From NCBI GenBank assembly GCA_016188965.1, contig JACPGT010000011.1, forward strand, positions 9,798 through 73,797: a stretch of DNA of 64,000 bases, written 5' to 3'. Shown here one piece after another: positions 39,473 to 50,034 of the stretch (the stretch's first letter is position 1; each line of letters begins with the position of its first letter). The stretch comes from Candidatus Micrarchaeota archaeon (GTDB lineage: Archaea; Micrarchaeota; Micrarchaeia; Norongarragalinales; Norongarragalinaceae). Under the pieces are notes generated by a model, which was given only the letters and a program-made list of their open reading frames with translations, ran no database searches and had not been told where the DNA came from. A program made the translations under genes and the position numbers.

Positions 39473-40234
39473 ATGGGTCCGACCGAGAAGTACTACCACG
39501 AAAAACTCAAGGACAGCGGCGCGCTGTTCTTCGCGCTGATTGACCCGGACAAGCTGTCGATGGAAAAAGGAGCCCAAGCGGCCGTCCATGCCGAAGAGGC
39601 CGGTGCGGACGTCATCTTGGTCGGCGGCTCCATTGGCGCGCAAGGCCGGATCCTGGACGACACCGTCAAGATGATGCAGGATAAAATCGATTTACCCATC
39701 GTGTTGTACCCAGGCTCTCCCGCGGGCTTGACCGAATACGCCGATGCCGTGTACTTCATGCAGATGCTCAACTCGCGCGACGTCTACTGGCTAGCCGGTG
39801 CCCAAATCCAATCCGCCACGGTCGTGCAGCGCATGAAACTCGAACCCATTCCCACGACGTACCTGGTGCTTTCGCCGGGCAAGGCCGTGGGCTGGATGGG
39901 CAACGCCAACCTGATTCCGCAGGAGCGCGGCGACTTGGCGTACGCCTGCGCCCTGGCGGCTAAATATATGGGCTCGCGCGTGGTCATCACCGATTCGGGC
40001 TCCGGCGCGCCCACCATTCCGGAAGCGCCGTTCTTCGCCGCGGTCAAGAAAGCCTGCGGACCGGAAGTCCTCTATTTCTATGGCGGAGGCGTCAAAACGC
40101 CGGAAATGGCCGCTCACGTCATCAAATCCGGCGCGGACGGCGTGCAGATCGGCAACGCTTTCGAAGAGAGCGACCCGGCCAAGATGAAGAAGATGGTCGA
40201 CGCCGTCAAAAAGGAAGGCAAGAAGAAGGTCTGA
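39473..40234 (+). CDS. Geranylgeranylglyceryl phosphate synthase
   Basis: LIDPDK, LVGGS, LYPGS, DSGSGA, GGGV, GADGVQIGN. Confidence 0.93.
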   Translation: MGPTEKYYHEKLKDSGALFFALIDPDKLSMEKGAQAAVHAEEAGADVILVGGSIGAQGRILDDTVKMMQDKIDLPIVLYPGSPAGLTEYADAVYFMQMLNSRDVYWLAGAQIQSATVVQRMKLEPIPTTYLVLSPGKAVGWMGNANLIPQERGDLAYACALAAKYMGSRVVITDSGSGAPTIPEAPFFAAVKKACGPEVLYFYGGGVKTPEMAAHVIKSGADGVQIGNAFEESDPAKMKKMVDAVKKEGKKKV

Positions 40235-40236
40235 AA

Positions 40237-40389
40237 ATGAAGAATCGGGATCGACTCATTTTTGGCGCAATAGTTGGGGCAATACTAGGTACCCTCATCG
40301 CACCATACAATGCTACCATACCGCTAGCGCAATTTCTAATTTACTTCGCAATTGTAGGGGCAATAGTTTTTAGGCTAGTGAAGTTTTGA
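40237..40389 (+). CDS. Small 50-aa two-TM protein
   Basis: Own translation MKNRDRLIFGAIVGAILG...; TGATG overlap with the next gene; AT-rich. Confidence 0.5.
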   Translation: MKNRDRLIFGAIVGAILGTLIAPYNATIPLAQFLIYFAIVGAIVFRLVKF

Positions 40390-40721
40390 TGGCACTTCTA
40401 CCAATTATTTTAGGAATCGCAGTAGTTGTAGCCTTGCTTTTCATGATTTATTGCCATATGAAAGAAATTGAACTTGATCTGAATCGTGCGGGCTACTTCG
40501 GATATGGGATATTAGCACTGCTTAGTGGGGCATCAATATTGATTGCAGTTTTTCTAAACGCATTTATTCCTCAGGAGCTGCAAAAAATGTTTGAAATTAA
40601 CTTGTCGGGATTCAATGACTTTTTACTTCCTTTGTTTATTGGTGGATTGATGAGCACGGTAAATGGAATTAGTACTACAAAAAAAGCATTTTCAAAAGAC
40701 CTAAAAAAAACCGCAGAATAG
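40389..40721 (+). CDS. Hypothetical three-TM protein
   Basis: Hydrophobic, AT-rich. Confidence 0.6.
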   Translation: MALLPIILGIAVVVALLFMIYCHMKEIELDLNRAGYFGYGILALLSGASILIAVFLNAFIPQELQKMFEINLSGFNDFLLPLFIGGLMSTVNGISTTKKAFSKDLKKTAE

Positions 40722-40823
40722 GTTGTGACTTAAAGCGTAATTTTTTCGAAAAGGTCACCGGCCAGCACCTCTCTTTTCCTTTAAATATATAAAGATATTC
40801 GGAGATATCTTAGTGATGATGTC

Positions 40824-41063
40824 TTGCAGAAAGGAGAGTACGAAGTCGAATTCAGCGGCCACGCCGTTTTTAGAGCCGAAAGCCGAAACGTGCCAAGTGA
40901 CGTCATCGAATACGTTATTCAGACTGGAACCTTTCACCGGTTCGGAAAAGATATGGTAAAAATCAGAAAACCATGGGGTGGCCGAGTCATCACGTGCGTC
41001 GGACAAATCAAGGACCAACGAATCCGAATCATCACGATCACATGCAGGAAGGCAAACCCATGA
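40824..41063 (+). CDS. DUF4258/RelE-like putative toxin
   Basis: FSGHAVFRAESRNV...IRIITI. Confidence 0.65.
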   Translation: MQKGEYEVEFSGHAVFRAESRNVPSDVIEYVIQTGTFHRFGKDMVKIRKPWGGRVITCVGQIKDQRIRIITITCRKANP

Positions 41064-41365
41064 AAAAGAAAACCTGTTTTGAATGCGGCGGCCATTTGGA
41101 GCTATTCCGGAGCACTCGCAAAGGAGTGGCGTACCAGGCATATCGGTGCAAGAAATGCGGAGAAGTTACGTTCGATATGCAACAAGCGGAAACCTACTGG
41201 AAAGCCGCCGAAGAATCCAAAAAAGTCACCTTTAGCCAATGGGGTCAAAGCCTTGGGCTTCGGATTCCCAAAGAATTGGTCAAGGCGCTTAAGCTCAAGC
41301 CCAAGCAAAGCGCCTGCATCTTTGCCGAGGACGACGGTTTGCGAATCGTGCCGATTCCAGGTTGA
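41060..41365 (+). CDS. Zn-ribbon + AbrB/MazE putative antitoxin
   Basis: CFECGG...CKKCGE followed by QWGQSLGLRIPKE. Confidence 0.8.
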   Translation: MKKKTCFECGGHLELFRSTRKGVAYQAYRCKKCGEVTFDMQQAETYWKAAEESKKVTFSQWGQSLGLRIPKELVKALKLKPKQSACIFAEDDGLRIVPIPG

Positions 41366-41422
41366 ACAAAAACGAGCGAACAGCACGCCAACCCTTAAAT
41401 CGGCGTTTTCCGTCTTTGCTTC

Positions 41423-42628
41423 ATGGCCGAATTCTTCTCCTCCGCCCTGCTGGCATTAGCGTTGGGCGGATTGATTGGCCTTGAGCGCGAGCGTTCGGGC
41501 CATCCTATGATGGGCGTGCGCAGCTTCGCGCTCTGCGGCCTGATGGGGTTCCTGGCCACGGTCTTGCCAGGATCCGAATGGACCATCCTGGCCGGATTCG
41601 CCGGCATCCTCGTGCTGTCCGCGCTGGTGTACCACCTTAAGAGCGAACGCAAAAGCGTGGGCCACGGCATCACCACCGTCATCATGCTGCCCTTGACGTT
41701 CCTCTTCGGAGTCCTGGTGGGACTCGACTTGCGTCTGGAAGCGGCGGCCGTGGCTATCGCCGTCACGTTCATCCTGTTGGAGAAAAGCTACCTGCACCAC
41801 GCCGCCAAAATGGTCACCAAGGAAGAAATGACGGACTTGCTCGTCTTTGCCATCATCGCCTTTATCGCGTATCCCTTTATTCCGAAAGTGCCCATCTCGT
41901 TTCTGGACACGTCGTTAAGCCTGGAATACGCCTGGAAAGTCGTCACACTCATCACCGCCATCGCGTTCGGCTCGCACCTACTCGTCAAGTACACCAAGCA
42001 TCAAGGCGCCGAAGCCGCCGCTTTTTTAGGCGCGACCGTCAGTTCGTTGGCCACGCTGCTGATTTTCCTGCCGAAAGTGCGGGACGAACGGCACGTACTG
42101 TCCTTGAATCATCTCGTCAGCGTCGGCACCGTTGCAGGCTCCCTCTTCGTCCTGGCCATCATGTCTTCCGGCCTATTTGAAAAAGCGTTTTTGCCTTTGG
42201 GGTTCATGGGCGTCGTCTTTCTTGGCGCATACCTGACGTTCGGACCGCGCCTGCGCAACGAGGACGCGCCGTTGCAGCAGCGCGTGTTCTCGCTGGGATT
42301 CATCGCCAAATTCACGTTGGTCTTCCTGGCCGTTGGTATGTTGATCAACCTGCCGCACACCCCCCAGACGCTGTGGATTTCCGCATTCTTAGGCGGATTG
42401 CTTTCCTCCACGTCCGTCATCGCCAGCCTAGGCTATCTTTTTACCGCCGGACAGGTCAGCACGTCCGGCGCCTTGACGGCCGCCGTCTTGAGCGTCATCG
42501 GCTCAAGCCTTTCTAAGTCTGCCGTCTCGTTTTCACGCCATCCGCGGCATTGGGACCTCTGGAGTCCGGCCGTCCTCAGCCTGGTTTCCGGCGCCATCGT
42601 ACTGGTCGCACAGTCCCTGCTGGGCTGA
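41423..42628 (+). CDS. MgtC/SapB family membrane protein (DUF4010)
   Basis: LGGLIGLERE...GVRSF, GITT, VSSLAT. Confidence 0.88.
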   Translation: MAEFFSSALLALALGGLIGLERERSGHPMMGVRSFALCGLMGFLATVLPGSEWTILAGFAGILVLSALVYHLKSERKSVGHGITTVIMLPLTFLFGVLVGLDLRLEAAAVAIAVTFILLEKSYLHHAAKMVTKEEMTDLLVFAIIAFIAYPFIPKVPISFLDTSLSLEYAWKVVTLITAIAFGSHLLVKYTKHQGAEAAAFLGATVSSLATLLIFLPKVRDERHVLSLNHLVSVGTVAGSLFVLAIMSSGLFEKAFLPLGFMGVVFLGAYLTFGPRLRNEDAPLQQRVFSLGFIAKFTLVFLAVGMLINLPHTPQTLWISAFLGGLLSSTSVIASLGYLFTAGQVSTSGALTAAVLSVIGSSLSKSAVSFSRHPRHWDLWSPAVLSLVSGAIVLVAQSLLG

Positions 42629-42682
42629 AAAACGGCCACAGGGACAAAAACAGTTTAACTTAGCCGCGTTCACCTTAAACCG

Positions 42683-43687
42683 ATGAAGACCATCGACGCG
42701 GGCCACGGCGGCGGACAAGTATTGCGCTCGGCCTTGAGCCTCGCCGCGTTGACCGGACAAGCCGTCCACATCACCCACATCCGCCAGAACCGGCCCAAAC
42801 CCGGCCTGCAGCCGCAGCATTCGGCCTGCGTCAACGCCGTAGCGGCCATCAGCGGCGGCATTTGCACCGGCAACGACATCGGCTCGCCCACCGTCACGCT
42901 GAAGCCCAAAGCCGTGCACGGCGGCGCGTATGAATTCAACATCGGCACCGCCGGTTCGTGTTCCTTGCTGCTGCAATGCGTCTTGCCGCCGCTGTTGTTC
43001 GCACCCAAGGCCAGCACCGTGCGCATCGTCGGCGGCACCGACGTGCCATTCGCGCCGCCGGCGTACTTCCTGGACCGCATCTTTCTTGCGGCCATCCGGG
43101 CCACGGGGGCCGACGTTGCGCTGCGCATCGAACGCCACGGATTCTATCCCAAAGGCGGCGGCGTACTGGAGGCTGAAATTCGGCCCGCGCAAAAGCTCAA
43201 AGTCCTGGATTGGACCGCCCAGAAAGCCGTGGCAAAAGCCCACGCCATCATTTTATCCTGCGGATTGCCGGCGCACGTGGCCGAACGCGAAAAAACCGCG
43301 TTGATGGAAGCAGGAATCCACGACGTGCAAGTGGGGACGCCGCCGGCAACGGGTACTGGAAATGTCGTTTTCCTTCAGACCGACTACGCGCAGGCAGCAG
43401 CCATGGGTTTTGATGCTTTGGGGAAAATCAGAAAAAGTGCCGAAGCCGTGGCCCAAGAAGCGCTGGACAAGATGCAGGCCTTCGAAAAGACGGACGACGC
43501 GTGCGAGCCGCACCTGCTGGACCAACTGCTGCTGTACGCCGCAGTGGCGGACGGCCAAAGCCGCATCCGGTTGCACCATTTAAGCGAGCATGCCATCAGC
43601 AACCTCCGCGTGCTGCACGAAATGATGGGAACCGAGCACTCGTTTGACGGAAAAGTGCTGACGGTCCAAGGCAAAGCCCCGTGCTAG
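42683..43687 (+). CDS. rtcA: RNA 3'-terminal phosphate cyclase
   Basis: GGGQVLRSAL, RPKPGL.PQH, GGTDV, GFYPKGGG, HLLDQL. Confidence 0.95.
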   Translation: MKTIDAGHGGGQVLRSALSLAALTGQAVHITHIRQNRPKPGLQPQHSACVNAVAAISGGICTGNDIGSPTVTLKPKAVHGGAYEFNIGTAGSCSLLLQCVLPPLLFAPKASTVRIVGGTDVPFAPPAYFLDRIFLAAIRATGADVALRIERHGFYPKGGGVLEAEIRPAQKLKVLDWTAQKAVAKAHAIILSCGLPAHVAEREKTALMEAGIHDVQVGTPPATGTGNVVFLQTDYAQAAAMGFDALGKIRKSAEAVAQEALDKMQAFEKTDDACEPHLLDQLLLYAAVADGQSRIRLHHLSEHAISNLRVLHEMMGTEHSFDGKVLTVQGKAPC

Positions 43688-43858
43688 GCGATTGCTGGCA
43701 CGGCAAACGAAAAAGGGCCCGCAAAAAAGCGGTCCAGGAGAAAAACAGGTATTTTTGTAAGAAAACGAGGCTTAAAACTGTCAAGAATGGAAAAACCACT
43801 CCAAACGTTTTGTTTTAATAATGCCTTGCGTCCTAAACGCATGAGAGGTGGGGTTTGA

Positions 43859-44245
43859 ATGACGGAACTGACTATAGTGGCCAAGGACCGCGTCGGCCTG
43901 CTGGCGGATATTTCCGACGCGCTAGCCAAAGACGGCATCAACATTGAATTCGTATCCGTCGAAGCCACGTCCAGTACGGCTATCGTCCACCTCAAAGTCG
44001 CCAATTCGCCGGCCGCCAAGAAAAGCCTCACGGCCGCGGGCTTCCGCGTAGTCGACAAGCACAACCTCCTGTTGCGCCTGAAGGACCGGCCAGGAGAACT
44101 GGCGAAGGTCAGCCGCAAACTGGCCGACTCCGGCATCAACATCAAGAACGTCTACATCCTGGATGCCGCGAAAAACGAGAAGATCATGGCCATGGACACG
44201 TCGGACAACGCCAAGGCCCGCACCGTCCTCAAATCATACCTGTAA
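43859..44245 (+). CDS. Tandem ACT-domain protein
   Basis: DRVGLLA...GINI and DRPGELA...GINI. Confidence 0.88.
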   Translation: MTELTIVAKDRVGLLADISDALAKDGINIEFVSVEATSSTAIVHLKVANSPAAKKSLTAAGFRVVDKHNLLLRLKDRPGELAKVSRKLADSGINIKNVYILDAAKNEKIMAMDTSDNAKARTVLKSYL

Positions 44246-44289
44246 GCTAAACCAGGCAGCCGAAGACATCGGGCGCACACGCATGCCGG

Positions 44290-45138
44290 TCAACCGGCCA
44301 CCAGCGCCCAGACCAAGTCGCCGAAAGCCAGGCTGAAAAGAAGGCCGGCCAGCAGGTAGGGCCCGAAGCGGGGTAGATGACGGTAGACGGGCACGGTCTT
44401 TCTTTTTTTGGCAGACATGAAGTTCTTCAGTTTTCCCATGGCGGGAATCGTCAACACGCGTTCCAATCCGAAGCGAGTCACGTCCTTTTTGTCCAGTTTT
44501 TCCAAAGCCAAGACGTCTTCATCCAGGAGTTGGCCCAGCGTCTGTGGCGCGACGACGGCGTAATCCACCACGTCTTGGCGGTAGATTAGATAGAATGCGG
44601 CGGGAATCCCAAAAAGCATGATGAACGCCTGGCCGGACATGCCGAAGGGCAGCAGTAGGGATAACGCCACGACGGCCGCGAAACCGGTCAGAAATAAAGC
44701 CGCTTTCTTTCCGGGAAACTTTCCGCGTTGCCGCAGCAAGTCGGCATACCAAAGTGCCGAGCCGGCGGATGCTAAAAGCGACGCTGCCAGAAAGACGCTT
44801 AACACGAAAGGCCAGAACACCGGAGTGCGAACAAAGGGAGAAACGGGCAGCCATAGCGCCAAGCCGGACAGCAGCAAGACGTCCCCGCCGCCGAATTGGC
44901 CGGCGCGGTACGAAAAGTAGCCCACGATGCCGATGAGGGCGGCGGCCAGCACTGGCGGCCACATCTGGGAAAAAGGAAGGAAGAACACGTTCCAAAGCAG
45001 TCCGGTAGCCAGGAAAGCGTACAGCACGCGTTCGTCCATGAAACTGGTTTTGTGGTCCTGCCAGGCCAATACGGCCGTGACCAAGACGGCGACAAAGACA
45101 CGGATCCAGGCGTCAAACGGCAGTGCATCGAACAACAT
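44290..45138 (-). CDS. Prepilin/class III signal peptidase (A24)
   Basis: QD, FGGGDV (GxGD), PRFGPYL, multi-TM. Confidence 0.88.
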   Translation of the reverse strand: MLFDALPFDAWIRVFVAVLVTAVLAWQDHKTSFMDERVLYAFLATGLLWNVFFLPFSQMWPPVLAAALIGIVGYFSYRAGQFGGGDVLLLSGLALWLPVSPFVRTPVFWPFVLSVFLAASLLASAGSALWYADLLRQRGKFPGKKAALFLTGFAAVVALSLLLPFGMSGQAFIMLFGIPAAFYLIYRQDVVDYAVVAPQTLGQLLDEDVLALEKLDKKDVTRFGLERVLTIPAMGKLKNFMSAKKRKTVPVYRHLPRFGPYLLAGLLFSLAFGDLVWALVAG

Positions 45139-45215
45139 GAAAAACCAACGTCAGGTGCGGGATGAGTAGAGGAAAGAATCCGGACGCTTTAATCCGTTTG
45201 CAGGCCGACGGCGCA

Positions 45216-45431
45216 TCATCCGAAGTCGAAATAGTCGTTGTCCACCGACCAGACGATGAACAGGATGCCCAAGAGGGCAGAGCCGAGGAAGTTGAAGTAG
45301 CCGAAGTAGCCTAACGCCAGCATGCCGAGGCCTGCGACCAGGAAGTGTGGTTTGATGCGGCCGTAACCGGGACGCGGGTCAGTCGGATCGCCGGGCGCGA
45401 CTTTCGGCGCGGAGTGGTGCGGGTCAGACAT
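45216..45431 (-). CDS. Small membrane protein
   Basis: 71 aa with hydrophobic hairpin. Confidence 0.55.
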   Translation of the reverse strand: MSDPHHSAPKVAPGDPTDPRPGYGRIKPHFLVAGLGMLALGYFGYFNFLGSALLGILFIVWSVDNDYFDFG

Positions 45432-45604
45432 GGGAGGAACGAATCAGACAACGCAGGACGAATTGAAAAAGCAGACGGAAAGCGGAAAACGAGGTCCGTC
45501 GGGCACCCCGCGGGAAAAGAAGAAATGGACGCGGAGAAGAAAAATAATGCCGGTAAAGGGAAAAACGCGGCCGGAGAACGGAGAATCACCGAGTTTGGAA
45601 AACC

Positions 45605-46909
45605 TCAGGAACCCAGTTTTCCGCCGAATTGCTTGCTCAACTTGGATAAGAGGCCCTTGTTGCGCTTGACTTCCTTGAGCATTTTCTGCGTTTTCTCGAA
45701 CTGCTGCACCAATTCGCGGACGTCCGAATCCTTCATGCCGGCACCACGGGCTACGCGGGCCTGGCGGCTGGATTCCTTCATCAGGGCCGGGTTGCGCCGC
45801 TCCGCCAGGGTCATGCTGTGCACTGCCGCCTCGAACGACTTGAGCTTCTTCTCGCTTTGGCCCACCAGTTCCTCCGGCAAATCGTGCTGGCCCAGCATCT
45901 GCATGACGGACTTCAGGGGGCCCATCTTCTTGAACGCGTTCAGTTGAGAAAGGAAAGTCTCATAATCCAGTTTGCCTTCGTTCCAGGCTTTTTCCAGCTT
46001 CTCTTCTTGAGAAGCCGCCTTAGCCGTTTCCAGCAATTGATCCAAGTCGGGAAAGCCCAGCAAGGTCGCGGCGAACTTCTTCGGATCGAACGCACGAAAA
46101 TCGGCCAGTTTCTCACCCGAACCTAAGAAGGCGATGCGCGAGCCGGATTCGACGACGGAGCTCAACGCGCCGCCGCCCTTGCCCGAGCCGTCCATCTTGG
46201 TGATGATGACGCCGGAGAGGCCGACGGCGTCGTGGAACTGCTTGGCCTGCCGCCCGGCCACCTGGCCGGCATCGGCCGAGACGACTAGGAAAGAGCCGTC
46301 GGGTTGGAATTCGCGCGCCACGGACTTCAGTTCAACGGCCAGTTCTTCATCAAAAGCGCTGCGGCCGGCGGAATCCAGGATGACGACGTCGTACTTATCG
46401 GAGAGCGCGCGGGCCTCGCGCGTAATGGCCACCGCGTCGTTCGACTCCAACGTGAAGAACGCCACATGCGCCTGTTCGGAAAGCTGTTTTAATTGGGTGC
46501 GGGCCGCCGGACGGTGCACGTCGGCGCCCACCAGGACGACTCTAAGGCCTTTCGAAGCGTAAAAGCGCGCCAACTTGGCCGCCGTGGTGGTCTTTCCCAC
46601 GCCGAACAAGCCGAGCAGGAGGATGCGTTGCTTCTGAAGCGAAGGTTCAAAGCCGTTGCCCATGAACGCTTCAAGTTCCTCGTAGACGACCTTGACGACG
46701 TGCTCCCGCAGGCCGACGCCGGGCAGAGGCTTTTCGCTCAAGGCGCGCTCTTTGATCTTCTTCGTCCAGCCCAGCACGAAGCGGACGTTGACGTCGTTGG
46801 AAATCAACACGCGCTGCAGGTCCTTGACCAGTTCGGTTACAGCCGCTTCGTCCACGTAGCGGCCCGACAGCTTGGCCAAAGCCTGACGCAATCCCTTACC
46901 CAGGTCCAT
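45605..46909 (-). CDS. srp54: Signal recognition particle protein Srp54
   Basis: DLQRVLISNDV, GVGKTT, DSAGR, TKMDGSGKGGG, M-domain KMGPL. Confidence 0.95.
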   Translation of the reverse strand: MDLGKGLRQALAKLSGRYVDEAAVTELVKDLQRVLISNDVNVRFVLGWTKKIKERALSEKPLPGVGLREHVVKVVYEELEAFMGNGFEPSLQKQRILLLGLFGVGKTTTAAKLARFYASKGLRVVLVGADVHRPAARTQLKQLSEQAHVAFFTLESNDAVAITREARALSDKYDVVILDSAGRSAFDEELAVELKSVAREFQPDGSFLVVSADAGQVAGRQAKQFHDAVGLSGVIITKMDGSGKGGGALSSVVESGSRIAFLGSGEKLADFRAFDPKKFAATLLGFPDLDQLLETAKAASQEEKLEKAWNEGKLDYETFLSQLNAFKKMGPLKSVMQMLGQHDLPEELVGQSEKKLKSFEAAVHSMTLAERRNPALMKESSRQARVARGAGMKDSDVRELVQQFEKTQKMLKEVKRNKGLLSKLSKQFGGKLGS

Positions 46910-47072
46910 GAGGAACAAATCGTGCCGAAAGGGAGTTAAAAATGAACGCGTACGGGGGAGGCCGAGGGGCAGCCCGGTGGCGGTCATGCTCCGCGCCGGA
47001 ATCCAGAAAAAGAAGCCGCAAAGCGCAAGAAGCGTCGCAAAAGAATAAAGGCGGTTGCGACACTGTCGGCCA

Positions 47073-48476
47073 TCAGGCCGATTTTTTGTAGTACTCGTCC
47101 AAAAAGGCCGCGAATTGAGCATGGTCCGATAAGCCCTGTTCCAGCAGGTAGTCGAGCATCTTCTTGCGCGACGAGACTTCATCCATGATGTCTTTCGGGC
47201 GTTTGCCAGTGCCGTTGGCCAACTTCTCGATAGTGCCGGCCGGATTCGGCGTGCGTTCAATCGAATCGTTCTCCGAATTCCACGCGTAGACCTCGTTGAT
47301 AGCCGGCCCGTTCTCGCCTGGAAACACTTCCGTCACCTGCACCACCCGGCGCACCAAGCCGCGGCGGCGATCGTAGAAGCGCTGCTGGACCACGATCAAA
47401 TCGGCCAGCGGCAGAAGCGAGCGGGGCACGTTCATGGGGTTGTTCTCCAGGCGCGTGATGGCATCGCGCGCGTTGTTCGAATGAAACGTACCCGAAGCGC
47501 CGCGCAAGCCCGTGTTCATGGCCGTAAATAGCGTCTCGGCTTCCGAAGAGCGGATTTCGCCCAGGATAAGCCGGTCCGGACGCATGCGAAGCGAGTTAGT
47601 CAGCAGTTCCTGCGCCGTGGTGTGCGTGCCTGAAATCAACGGAACCCAGTTCTGACGGCCCACCAAGTTCAACTCGGGCGTGTCCTCGATGGAAATGATG
47701 CGTTCATTCGGCGGAATCAGGCTGGACAACGCGTTGAGCGTCGTGGTCTTGCCCGCCGCGGCCGAGCCGACGATGAGCACGTTCAACGGGTAGAGGCGCA
47801 AACCTTCGAACGCGACCCACAAAAAAGCCGCGACTTCCGAGGAAATGGTGTTTTCCTTGATGAGGCCCAGCAAGGAGAAGGGGCGCTGGTGGAAAAGCCG
47901 GACCGTAACGGCTGGAAACGGCGCGGCAGGCGATTTGATGACGTTGGCACGCGAGCCGTCCACCAGACGCACGTCGTCGTACACGTTCTTGGACCCGAAC
48001 TGCGAAAGGAGCGCGTCCAGGCTTTTTTCGTCGAAACGGAGGTTGGTGTTGCATACGCCGGCTTTGCGGTGGTAGACCATGACGGGCGTCTCGGTGCCGT
48101 TGATGAAGACTTCCTCCAGTTCGTCATCATCAAAAAGCGGTTGGATGACCTGGTAGCCGTAGAAGCGGCGCAGAACGGCGCGGGCGATGGCCGCCGGATT
48201 CTTCGCACCCGACAAAAGCATGGACAAAGCCGACAGCAGTGCTTCGGATTTCTTGCGTTGCAGGGGAAGGCCGAATTCCAGCACGTCCAGCGAATTCATG
48301 AATTCCTGCCAACCGTTAACGTCGAATGCGTGCGTCTGGCAGAACGACGGCAACAACAACCGCCTCTCCACGAGGGCCACGACGTCGTTGAACACGGCCA
48401 CGTCACTGCCGGACAACGCCTCGGGCTGGACGTCGTACATCGAAAACGGAAAACCCTTGGATACGGTGGCAGGCAT
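47073..48476 (-). CDS. Type IV pilus/secretion ATPase (TadA/VirB11-like)
   Basis: DDELEEVFING, GSAAAGKTT, IEDTPEL, LRMRPDRLILGEIR, TFH. Confidence 0.92.
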   Translation of the reverse strand: MPATVSKGFPFSMYDVQPEALSGSDVAVFNDVVALVERRLLLPSFCQTHAFDVNGWQEFMNSLDVLEFGLPLQRKKSEALLSALSMLLSGAKNPAAIARAVLRRFYGYQVIQPLFDDDELEEVFINGTETPVMVYHRKAGVCNTNLRFDEKSLDALLSQFGSKNVYDDVRLVDGSRANVIKSPAAPFPAVTVRLFHQRPFSLLGLIKENTISSEVAAFLWVAFEGLRLYPLNVLIVGSAAAGKTTTLNALSSLIPPNERIISIEDTPELNLVGRQNWVPLISGTHTTAQELLTNSLRMRPDRLILGEIRSSEAETLFTAMNTGLRGASGTFHSNNARDAITRLENNPMNVPRSLLPLADLIVVQQRFYDRRRGLVRRVVQVTEVFPGENGPAINEVYAWNSENDSIERTPNPAGTIEKLANGTGKRPKDIMDEVSSRKKMLDYLLEQGLSDHAQFAAFLDEYYKKSA

Positions 48477-48617
48477 ACGCACAGAGGCACGCAAAACGCC
48501 TATAAGACGGTTGCGGAAAAAAGGGAAAGAAAAACTACCCGGCACCTCCTAAAGCAACCGGCCGCAGGACAAAGCCCGCTTTTTTATTCGGCCGCGCCGT
48601 CATGCTTGCGAGCCGTC

Positions 48618-49982
48618 ATGGATTCCAAACCCCGCTTGGAGAAAATCGCCCAGCGCGTCGCCCATAAAGTCTCGCCCACGCCCAAACAGGCGGCGGATGA
48701 ACAGAAGTTCGCACACGGCCTGATGGCCAAACTGTCCAAAGCGCTGCCCGAAGCCAAATTGCACTTGGTCGGCTCGACTGCGCGCGACACCGGCTTGGTG
48801 GGGGACAAGGACATCGACGTCTTTGCCGCTTTTGAGCGCCACCTGGCTGAAGAGTACATCGTCAAGAAGACCGTCGAGGCCTGCCGCAGATCCTTCCGCA
48901 TCAAGTGGGAAATGCATTACGCCGAACATCCGTACCTCCAAGGCCGCATCGAAAACTATAGTGTCGAAGTCATTCCCTGCTACAAAACGCAGGCCGGACA
49001 GAAAATCCAATCCGCCGTGGACCGCACGCCCTTGCACATGGACTACCTGCAAAAACAGCTTTCTGCGGCCCAGCGGCAGGACGTAAGGGCCCTCAAACGC
49101 CTGCTCAAGAGCAACGGCCTGTACGGCGCCGAACTGCGCATCCGAGGCTTTTCCGGCCTCCTATGCGAATACCTCATCCTCAACTACCGCAGTTTTTCCG
49201 GACTCATCGACGCCGTTCGGCAGTGGAAGCCGCCGGTGCGCATCGACATGACTGCCGGACCCGGCCGCGGCTCGTCCGCTGCCTTCGACACGCCCCTAGT
49301 CCTGATTGACGCAGTGGATGAGTCACGCAACGTCGCCGCCGTGGTCTCCGCCACCACCCTGCACCGATTTATATCGCTCTGCCAGGCCTTGTGGGAAAAA
49401 CCGGATGAGATACTGTTCTTCCCTAAAAAGGAAAAGGCCGCTACCGCAGCTCAGCTGCAGAAAATCCTGGACCGACGCGGCACGCAGTGGGCTGTGTACG
49501 CCATGCGCAAGCCGGACGTAGTCGAAGACATCCTCTGGCCGCAACTGGAGCGAACCGGATTGAACATCCAGAAACAACTCGAACTGAAGGACTTTATGGT
49601 CCTGACTCGACATGCTTTCGAAGACGAGAAAAAAGTCTGCCTTTTTTTCGAATTGCAACACGCCACGCTGCCATCCGTCCGCCGCACCAAGGGCCCGTCG
49701 GCTATGCATGGCCCCGCCGTTCGCCAATTCGCCGCCGGAAAGACCGCTTGGAAAGGACCTTACGTAGAGGGCGAGCGCGTATGGGTGGAGGAAAAGCGTC
49801 CGCACACCAACGCATGGAAATTCGTAGGCGAAATCCAACGCAGGCCGGAGCGCTTCGGCATCGCCTCGCACCTGCAAAAGCCCTTCAAAACGGCCAAGGC
49901 CATCCGAAAAGCTTCAGGCCTCCAACCGCAAGCCCGCGGTCAACTGGCGCGGTTTCTGACGTTCCGGGAAGCGTGGCTGTAA
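48618..49982 (+). CDS. cca: CCA-adding enzyme (class I)
   Basis: GSTARDT...DIDVF, YAEHPY, SAVDRTPLH, YGAE, GFSG. Confidence 0.95.
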   Translation: MDSKPRLEKIAQRVAHKVSPTPKQAADEQKFAHGLMAKLSKALPEAKLHLVGSTARDTGLVGDKDIDVFAAFERHLAEEYIVKKTVEACRRSFRIKWEMHYAEHPYLQGRIENYSVEVIPCYKTQAGQKIQSAVDRTPLHMDYLQKQLSAAQRQDVRALKRLLKSNGLYGAELRIRGFSGLLCEYLILNYRSFSGLIDAVRQWKPPVRIDMTAGPGRGSSAAFDTPLVLIDAVDESRNVAAVVSATTLHRFISLCQALWEKPDEILFFPKKEKAATAAQLQKILDRRGTQWAVYAMRKPDVVEDILWPQLERTGLNIQKQLELKDFMVLTRHAFEDEKKVCLFFELQHATLPSVRRTKGPSAMHGPAVRQFAAGKTAWKGPYVEGERVWVEEKRPHTNAWKFVGEIQRRPERFGIASHLQKPFKTAKAIRKASGLQPQARGQLARFLTFREAWL

Positions 49983-50034
49983 AAGCCGAAGACCAAAACG
50001 CTTAAACCCGCCCGCGGCCAGCTCTTTCAATCCC

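Noticed and set aside
46910-48617. Long upstream extensions of the srp54 and cca ORFs
   Set aside because: They overlap the pilus ATPase; recognisable sequences start at 46909 and 48618
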